Assembly (NCBI GenBank): GCA_964187785.1 | Contig: OZ076414.1 | Location: 34,038,001 to 34,102,000 of the forward strand | DNA from: Amphiscolops sp. MND2022 | Lineage: Eukaryota | Direction of reading: 5' to 3' | Length of the DNA stretch: 64,000 nt | In this document: one piece after another, positions 40,486 to 48,549 of the stretch | How positions within the stretch are numbered: the stretch's first letter is position 1 | Layout of the letters: each line of letters opens with the position of its first letter | The notes under the pieces: model-generated | What the model was told of the DNA's origin: nothing | Database searches by the model: none | The model's input: the letters and a program-made list of their open reading frames with translations, nothing else | Translations under genes and position numbers: made by a program

Positions 40486-41259
40486 TCACCCGGGGTTTAA
40501 GAATGATTGAGTTGAAAGGGGGGCATTCAGGGTATTTATGACTTTTACTTCGAAAAATATGGAATTGTTTTTTAGCCAGGGGTTCTCTGGGTTCATGAGT
40601 TCATCATGTGGGATGAAGCACAAGATGGTGATTGCTGTGTTGCTGGCTGTGGGAATAGGTTTCTTGAAGCACTCACTGTTATTGTTATTCGTCACAATGA
40701 GTTGTTTGTAGGGTTTGTAAATATTGCCTTGACCAAGGAGGTGTATCTCGATAACGCCTTGGAAGGGCCAAGTGAGTATCTCATCGTAGGGTCCCGGACA
40801 CATAGCCAAGCATACTGACATGTATTTCCCTTTGGCAGTGTCGATGCCATAAGGGTAAGCTCGTAGATGAAAGGTGTACCCAAAGGGTTGTGAGAAGAAG
40901 ATAGGGCTACAGACGTCTTTTAGGCTATTAGGATCACAATAGGGTGCTCTTACATGAGACAAACTTTTTTCGTATTTTTCAGCATTCTGAAAAATATCAG
41001 AAAATTGATCAAGCCTCCAAATAATTTTGTAGAGGTTCCAATCCCGTGGAATTGATTTCTTTTCGATACGAAGGACTCGCATCTCAAGTGCGTCGAGCTT
41101 TTTACTGATCTCGTGTATCATATCAGAATCAAATGTGTCATCTTTATATTGGGTGATATTGAGTTTTTGTCGAAGCAATAGTAACTCATTGATTAGGGAG
41201 TCCGTAAGGGACCTTTCATCTTCCAATTGTTCAATAAGGGTAGATGAGCTTGTGTTCAT
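40486..41259 (-). CDS. TRAF-like protein (coiled coil + TRAF-C/MATH domain, no RING or zinc fingers), 257 aa
   Basis: IIWRLDQF...SPIFFSQPFGYTFHLRAYPYG...GKYMSVCLAMCPGPYDEILTWPFQGVIEIHLLGQ...FKKP...FIPHDEL...LKNNSIFFEVKV follows the TRAF-C consensus strand by strand. Heptad-rich residues ~8-68. Confidence 0.92.
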   Translation of the reverse strand: MNTSSSTLIEQLEDERSLTDSLINELLLLRQKLNITQYKDDTFDSDMIHEISKKLDALEMRVLRIEKKSIPRDWNLYKIIWRLDQFSDIFQNAEKYEKSLSHVRAPYCDPNSLKDVCSPIFFSQPFGYTFHLRAYPYGIDTAKGKYMSVCLAMCPGPYDEILTWPFQGVIEIHLLGQGNIYKPYKQLIVTNNNNSECFKKPIPTASNTAITILCFIPHDELMNPENPWLKNNSIFFEVKVINTLNAPLSTQSFLNPG

Positions 41260-41295
41260 CTTGATAGGTCGTTCTGAAATTCAATGGAAAAGACT

Positions 41296-41805
41296 TTAAA
41301 TAAATGCTGAAATAGCTCTAATAGGTACCACAATCCTCTGGTAGCCTAGGGTCGGATTTTCCAATGTAAATTCTTGACGGTTAGAATCCCAGAATACAAT
41401 ATTCCAAGGATTATATTCGCGTTTCAAAAGATAATTTAATTCGGTCCGGAATCGTGGGTTCCTGGTGAAAATATATTTATTAGCAGCTTCCTCGTTTTTT
41501 CGTTGTTGTCGTAGTTTCTCGTGAGCCGAGAGGGAAGCTTTTTGCCTTTTATGAGAACGCTTAATGGACGTTGAATGAGGTCGTTTAGTGGGTAGGGGTG
41601 TTGTTTTTAAGTTGTTGCGCGGAGGAGGTGGTGCTGTTTCAGTAACACCTTCTGCAATAGTTTCCGTTGAGAGAAACTCTAAATCTGTTGGGGAAAGCAA
41701 GGGGAGATCAAGTAGTCCGCTGTTGTCGAGTTTTGGTTCACCTGTTAATAACTCGATTTCTTCAGCCACAGTTTTGTCGGTTTGCATATTCTGAATACTA
41801 AACAT
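41296..41805 (-). CDS. Accessory ORF-D, ~163-169 aa: acidic N-terminus, Pro-rich linker, basic NLS-like stretch, small C-terminal domain
   Basis: Long ORF on the element's coding strand between env and TRAF. The acceptor tttagtattcAG (41791) lies just before ATG 41787 (MQTDK). Confidence 0.75.
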   Translation of the reverse strand: MFSIQNMQTDKTVAEEIELLTGEPKLDNSGLLDLPLLSPTDLEFLSTETIAEGVTETAPPPPRNNLKTTPLPTKRPHSTSIKRSHKRQKASLSAHEKLRQQRKNEEAANKYIFTRNPRFRTELNYLLKREYNPWNIVFWDSNRQEFTLENPTLGYQRIVVPIRAISAFI

Positions 41806-41815
41806 AAAAATACAA

Positions 41816-43924
41816 TTACACCGGAGAAACAGTATGGGTATTCGAAGTAGGGGGCCTACTTATGGCAGGGTAAATGTGTTCGAGGGTTTCGTGCTCATTG
41901 TAATTTTTGTCTGGAGGGGTATCTGAGACCATTGGGTCATGTTGGGGAACTTGATTAAGTGTTGATATCATCGAAACTGTGAATAGATTGTAGGTTGCTG
42001 ATAGAAGTATTTTGCCAATACCCCAAGAAGCTCCTGTAACTCGGTGTAGTTCAAATGAGCGAAATGTTATAACAATCACATTGACCAAAAACTTGATAAG
42101 AAGAAATCCACCAAACCACTGTCCCAATTTGCTAAACCAGTATTCGATAATACCAAAAGTGCTGATGAACTGTTCCTTGAAATATCCTGGTGATATCATG
42201 TTATCCACATAGAAATTTGTACGTGGTGCAAAGTAACCAAATTCGTCTGGTCCTTTGTCGGCAGCTGAAGGTATAATGAGTTCTCGTGAAAACTTTTGCA
42301 AGGCATTCCTCGAAGCCGCGCTGATCAGAATATTGTCCCAAAAATCGCTGAGTTGTCCTTTTGTGTACATTCCAGCATCTTGAGACTCATCGAAAGCATC
42401 TTTTGTGAAAGGAGAAATCTCTTTCGGACCGAAGATAGCAGGTCTATCTCTATGTGTAGGCTCTGGATTTAAAGAAAACCAAGAGTCCTTGTCTTGCATA
42501 TCTAGTTGAAAAAGGTTCTTTATTCTATCTGTGCAATTTTGGGTATTTGCGTTAGGGTAGGTTTGTCTGGTGATGGGGTCTACGAATTGAATTTGTCCCT
42601 TGTAGAATATGGGTATTTTGTCATAACAATTGTTCATGACATGAAGAGGTGATGAAATCAGTGGGCATGAATAGAGCCAGGCGAGACTACCATCAGTTTC
42701 AAGGAACATGGATCTATTTCCAGTAAGCATGTATCCAGCAAGGCGTGGATTTTCCAAAGACAGCATTAAAATAGTTAGAATTTGGGTTCGTTCCTGTTCG
42801 CACTGGTTTTTCAACATTTGAATTTCGGAAGATTGCAGTGCTCGGGTGCTTTCGAAGAACAGGTAATCCAGTTTTGTTCAAACTTGCATTTCATAATCCA
42901 TGTTGAGCCAAGTATTAACGTACTTGTCTTTAACTGTGGCATCTCTGTTGTACACGTAAAGTCCAGGTTTCCCAGAATTGTCTGTGGAGTATTGGAGGGT
43001 ATAAGATCCTCTTGTTATCCCCATCTTTCTTCCGGAGGCCATGTCAAATCCACCGGTATGTATCACAATGTACATGGACTCGTAATTTGTGGGATATACG
43101 TCGTTTGGTTTGTTGCAGAATTTTTGAGGGTAGTTCTTCACTTCGAACAAAAATTTGGAGGAGGAATCGTTGGTGCTCACCATGTGATACCTGTGTTCAT
43201 TTTTTATCATATTCACATGTTCTTCTTTCAATACTGAAAGTACACAGTTATCTGGGTGATCCCAAATATAGGCGTAGGGATCCAAGGATGTGCTTTGGCA
43301 ACCCAGATCGTCAAGTTTGCATGGGAGAGGATTTCCATTTACATTGTGAACTGTTCCATCTCTCAGCTTGACGGGTAGGGTAACATCTTGAATGTGACTC
43401 TCAAAAGTATCTTTGATCATCCAAGACCTTCCAGTGCAATGGTTTCTGTTTTCTTCGCTCTTCTTTCCGTTCGTATAGGACTGAGTTAGTTTGTTTCCCT
43501 TTTTAAACTGGACCATGTGATCCAATATTTGTATCTTTCCCTCTTCTCGTGCTCTTCGACATTGTTCGGGGCTCAAATCGATATCGCTAGTTATTGTACT
43601 TTGTTCTGCATCGATACTCGCATGGTCATGATATCCACAATGCCATTTGAATCTACTGTGCTTTAGGCGGCACATAGTGGCATTGAGTTCTGTACGAAAG
43701 TGCTTCGTGTAGACAGTGATTATGGCTGGGTTGATTTCAATATTTTCTGGGGAAACGTGGCAGGGTCTCACTTGATTGAGCGCATATAATTTGTTTTCGG
43801 TCATTTCTCCACAATCATAGTGCGATACACTAAGCCTTTGTGCGATGTCATCCAGGTTTGGATTGGGGAGGCTATTGATTAGGGAGTAGCACGTAATGAA
43901 TAATATCAAAATTTTACTGCACAT
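41816..43924 (-). CDS. env: Envelope glycoprotein, chuvirus G / herpes gB-type class III fusion protein-like; 702 codons with one in-frame TGA (42878-42880)
   Basis: N-terminal signal peptide. Cys pattern YDC..., CRLKHSRFKWHCGYHDH, SPEQCRR, LPCKLDDLGC, KNQCEQER...ENPRLAGYML, CYDKIPI...DPITRQT...QNC. N-glycosylation sequons and C-terminal hydrophobic segments. The two listed ORFs are in the same frame. Confidence 0.85.
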
Positions 43925-44037
43925 TTTGGAACTAACTGGGGGAAATCTTAGGTGTTTGCCAGAGCTCAGTTTTCAGAGGGGCAAACTGTTAAGAAGAAAA
44001 AATCAAAAAGAGGAAAGTTAAACGGTAGCTTGCTAAC

Positions 44038-44189
44038 CGAGAGTTGGTGGAGTCGAATTTGACAACCAGTTAGAATCAAATTGATTCTATTGTTGAAGAA
44101 TGTTCTTCAGAAACGAGAGTTGGTGGAGTCGAATTTGACAACCAATTAGAATCAAATTGATTCTTTTGTTGAAGAATGTTCTTCAGGAA
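44038..44189. repeat. Two 76-bp direct repeats, each with two palindromes, upstream of env
   Basis: Units at 44038 and 44114; each has agaatcaa-a-ttgattct and gaagaa-tg-ttcttc. Confidence 0.9.
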
Positions 44190-44503
44190 CTGAAACGAGA
44201 CAATTATTGTCTAACGTTTTCAACCAGGGTGAACACCGAATTTGGATTTGATAGCTTGCTAACCAAAAATAGGTGTAGTCACAGTGATCACTGCTTTAGA
44301 TTTGAGATTGGTGCACAGGTCTATGGATTGAAGATTTCAGTGTCTGGCTCAATTGATAGCCGTTTTCATAAGTACTGAAAGTACACTCTGTTATCAGAAG
44401 TGAAGTTATGGAATTTGGGATTTGAAGTGAAAGTTGAGAAAGAGGATCGTAAAATTTTATTTACCAAACAAAAATTTATTTCAAAACGAAAATGAGATGA
44501 AAT

Positions 44504-44968
44504 TTACAAATCATAAAACTGGATAAGATCCTTGTACAATTTGCTATATTTAGGTGAAGTGACACACTCAATGTCCATGACACTGGTTAATTCACCTAAC
44601 ACAAGCAGATCAAATTTGGTGATGTGCCTTTCAGGTCTCTGTTCGTATGACAGGAGGGAAGCTGCTAGTGACGCGTATAGAAGGGTGTCCTTGTAGATTT
44701 GTTTCTGATACTTTTTGTCAGGCAGGTCGTAACGTTCAAAGTGAACGCAAATCTTGAATTCGTAGGTCCAAGTCCACCGAATATAGGTGATCAAAAATTG
44801 TTTGTTGTTTTCAGCAACGAAAATAGTCCAGGGGCAATTGAAACTGAGTTCTTCGTACTTTTTCTCCCAGAGGGTATCCAAGTAAATAGTAGGAGGAGGA
44901 TAAATTTGAGTAATCCTCGGTTTTGTTCTTTTGCGTGAGTCTTTTTTGAGAATAGACTGTGGGTTCAT
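44504..44968 (-). CDS. Accessory ORF-B, 154 aa from MNPQSILKK (paralog of ORF-A)
   Basis: Starts in the TAATG overlap. Followed by two AATAAA (44480-44475, 44461-44456). Motifs align with ORF-A. Confidence 0.8.
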   Translation of the reverse strand: MNPQSILKKDSRKRTKPRITQIYPPPTIYLDTLWEKKYEELSFNCPWTIFVAENNKQFLITYIRWTWTYEFKICVHFERYDLPDKKYQKQIYKDTLLYASLAASLLSYEQRPERHITKFDLLVLGELTSVMDIECVTSPKYSKLYKDLIQFYDL

Positions 44969-45186
44969 TAGAGATGGTTGTTTTCTCCTCTGAACAAATC
45001 CGAAGGTTTGTCTCCCACAAATTTCATAAGGTGGAGAAAATAGTCCCAATATACTGAATGTTGATCTACAAAAACAATATCTTTTTTCGAGGTGATGTAG
45101 TGCTTTACATAGATATAGATTCTGTCTTGATGCAGCTCAGTTCTATAGATCCGGTAGAATTCGTTTTCAATTTTGATGTAGGTCAT
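44968..45186 (-). CDS. Accessory ORF-C, 72 aa (MTYIKIENEF...), unknown function
   Basis: ATG 8 nt after the acceptor ttttgactatttcAG (45195). Its TAA overlaps the ATG of ORF-B (TAATG). Confidence 0.65.
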   Translation of the reverse strand: MTYIKIENEFYRIYRTELHQDRIYIYVKHYITSKKDIVFVDQHSVYWDYFLHLMKFVGDKPSDLFRGENNHL

Positions 45187-45214
45187 ACGACGAACTGAAA
45201 TAGTCAAAAGTTTT

Positions 45215-45642
45215 TTACCCACGGCAGAGATTGATACTATGATCGTTACCGTGCTGAAAAGTTATTTACCCACGGCAGAGATTGATACTTTGATCGTTAC
45301 CGTGCTCGTTTTTGTGAAAAATTCTTTACCCACGGCAGAGATTGATGCTATGATCGTTACCGTGCTGAAAAGTTATTTACCCACGGCAGAGATTGATGCT
45401 ATGATCGTTACCGTGCTGAAAAGTTATTTACCCACGGCAGAGATTGATGCTATGATCGTTACCGTGCTGAAAAGTTATTTACCCACGGCAGAGATTGATA
45501 CTTTGATCGTTACCGTGCTCAATTTTGTGAAAAAGTTATTTACCCACGGCAGAGATTGATACTATGATCGTTACCGTGCTCAATTTTGTGAAAAAGTTAT
45601 TTACCCACGGCAGAGATTGATACTATGATCGTTACCGTGCTC
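45215..45642. repeat. Tandem array of 8 units (51, 60 or 61 bp), each containing an imperfect inverted repeat
   Basis: Units start at 45215, 45266, 45326, 45377, 45428, 45479, 45540 and 45601; core cacggcagagattgatactatgatcgttaccgtg. Confidence 0.95.
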
Positions 45643-45748
45643 AAGAATTTCTGAAACGAAGGACTACAAATTAGTTATCAGTTTACGTTAAAATGACAAT
45701 GAAGAGAAGAGAAAAAGAATTTTGACAAGAAGACTTTTATTTACAATA

Positions 45749-46159
45749 TTAGAAATCTTCCATTTCCTGCCACAGCTTTAGAGTTTCAAGGAAATCAATG
45801 TACATATCATTGTAGCTCGAGTTTTTACAAACATTGTCCATCTGGCTAGAGATGGTGTTGAGAGCGTCGACTTCTTGTTTTGATAGCTGTGGTTCGGGTT
45901 TCCTCATGAACGTTACTAACGCCGCAGTGAGGGACACATAAAGGAATGAACCGGGTTTGACCCATTTGTGGTATTTTTGTTTGGACCGGTAGTTATGGAA
46001 TTTAACTTCTACATCAGCAGTTGGGTGCCAACTCCAACTTAGTTCTTCGATGATCATCGAGATTTCTTCTAATTCGGGCATGATATTCCAGGGGCAGCAT
46101 TTGAAATTTATTTTGTTCATAATCACAATAGGGATGTCGTACGCAATGACGGGCTTCAT
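45749..46159 (-). CDS. Accessory ORF-A, 136 aa, unknown function (paralog of ORF-B)
   Basis: ATG preceded by a tttcAG acceptor (46176), AATAAA 7 nt after the stop, and clear collinear similarity to ORF-B. Confidence 0.8.
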   Translation of the reverse strand: MKPVIAYDIPIVIMNKINFKCCPWNIMPELEEISMIIEELSWSWHPTADVEVKFHNYRSKQKYHKWVKPGSFLYVSLTAALVTFMRKPEPQLSKQEVDALNTISSQMDNVCKNSSYNDMYIDFLETLKLWQEMEDF

Positions 46160-48549
46160 CTTTGGTTGGCTTGGGCTGAAATTTGGTCAAAATAGATACT
46201 AAGGCACGAAAATGCTGCTTGACTTACTTTGTAAAATTTAAACAAATTTTACAATTGCAAGAGCTGGATTTTTCAAAAAGTAAAATTTCATACTATTGTT
46301 TTTGTTCTTTTCACAAGGTTCTCCTTTAACAAGGCTTTGTCTTGTTTTCTTTTGTTTGTCTACTTCTTTTGTTTCCTTTTGTAGTCTTTATTGAATAGAT
46401 TCTTGCATTCTTTTGTTTTCTACATGCTTTTGTTGTTACATGCAGTGGTTCCTTTTGTAAACTCCTTTCAGTTGTTGACTTTTGTTTTTCGTTTTCTATG
46501 GTTTGCATCACTGGCTTTCATCGGCTTGTTTTGTAAAGATCGCGCTTTTGTTGTTGGATAACGGCGGGTGCCATATGTGTTTTTGAAGTAGAGTGTTGAA
46601 GTTAGCTTTGTATTGAATGCGCTTTTGTTATGGTTCAGTTCTTTTGGTGCCATGTGTTTTCGAGTGGTTTGAAAAGTTGTTTGTTCACAATGTGCTTTTG
46701 TAATGGTTCAATTCTATGGACGCCATGTGTGTTTTTGAAGTGGTGGCCCAAATTCGGTTTGTGTTGAATGCGCTTTTGGATGTTAGTCTGATCTCTTCAC
46801 ATTTACAAGTAAGTTCGGTTTTCATTTTCAACTTTTGCTTTTTCTTGAATTTTTGGTAACGTGTATATGACACGCTCGACCGCCGAAAAAGAAGTAGAGA
46901 AAAAGGTTTGAGCCATATGGTGGTGAAGATTGGAGAGAAAGAAATGAAAGAAAAGCAATTTTGAAGAACGGAGTGGAAAATGGGGGAAATTTTTAAACGG
47001 CATAAGGGGGGTGGTGAAAACGAAATTTGAGGTTGTAATTTAGTTGCGTTTCTTTAGGCTGTTTTAGTACACGATGAACCGTTTGCCATTTTCTACCGCG
47101 GATGATGCTTATCTGGCACCAGATCTTTTTGCGGATATGCGATTATTGGTGACTGATTTGGAACTACCAATGATGGCGGGGACGACAGCGGTGGGCGAGG
47201 TGTTGCGACGCCCAGAACCACTCCGGAGAGCAGTGAGATTGGCGTTAGGCGAGCACGTAAGTTGTTGAGTGGTGTAACTTGTGAAGCTAAGACATTGTGG
47301 AGAAGAGATTTTGAATTAGTTCTTAGCACTAAGAGTAAAAAGGAAATGGAAAGTATTGTCTTTAGCTTCGATTGTAAAAGTTCTGTAGTTGCAGTTTCTA
47401 AGTACGATAAGGTAAACAGAGACGGAAATGTTTGTGAAATTAATGTTTTTGTGTATTGATTGCAGTTTGTTTTAGTGGAGATCGAAGCTACAGTCCGGAG
47501 CCAAGGACGTTTGGATTTTTAAACTAAAAGCCATTGTACGGGGGTGGGAGATGACTGCTCCACAAGATCGGCCGGACATAGCCCGACGGCTGGATCGGAG
47601 TCAGTTTTTTCAAGTGCTGCAGGACTTGGCGGAGTTGGGGGGATATATGGTGTGCCTCTGCGCGGGGCATCCTAAGCCGCCTCCAAATGGGGCGACTGTT
47701 GTCCCTTCCGAAAGGGAAGATTTATTATAAACTTGTATATATTGTAAATATTTTGTTTTTGTTATTTTAATATTTTAATTTTATTTTGTAATACTTTTGT
47801 TTTAAATTTGAGTTTTTAAGTTGTAGGGTGAAAAGTAAGAGAACGGTTTTTGACGGTTATAAATTCGAAAAGTTTAGCTGGAGGAGAAGGATTAGCTAAA
47901 ACTTTGAGCAATCGCCTCTGTGGGGGCTTGTTGATTAAAACATCAACAGTCACAGTGCTATCTATTCCAGGCAATTCGACCATTTAAGGCGAACCGCCAT
48001 AGCACAATTTTTCTTTGTGGTTTTTGTCTCTTGAGAAGACTTGTTGAAGAAAACCGTCAACAATCACAGTGGCATCTATTCCAAGCAGTTCAACCATTTA
48101 AGGTGAACCGCCGTACCACAAAATTTTTGTTGTCAGAGTGGGTAGTGATCCGATTTAGAATTTTCGCAAAAAATCTCGGGATTCAGTAAGGTGTACTAAA
48201 AGGGTATACCAGTGAAGTGTAGGTTATTGCTAATTGTCTCGTAATAGTTTTGTGGTTGTTGTATCCAATGGGTCATTGTGGAGCAACTTTGTTTGTAACT
48301 ACGTAAGAAAAAAAATTGAAGTTTTTTGAAAGGGAAACTCTTTTTGTTGTGTCTCAAGACGAAAAATGTTTAGGAGTGTGTTCGGAGGCTTCCTGGTGAG
48401 TCTCATTACACGGTGAAGTGTGTTTAGTTCCGTACTATACAAGTTTCAAGTTGTGACGATGAGGAAGTAGTTCGCGCTTATGTACGGAACTGAGAATTGA
48501 GAGGTGTAGAAAAATGTGACATCTTGTTATTGTTATTTTTATTTTGATT

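Noticed and set aside
45215-45642. CRISPR array, or a real 106-aa repeat protein on the + strand (45239-45559)
   Set aside because: Units are near-identical with no unique spacers, there are no cas genes and the context is eukaryotic. The ORF is a by-product of 51- and 60-bp periodicity and breaks at the 61-bp units.
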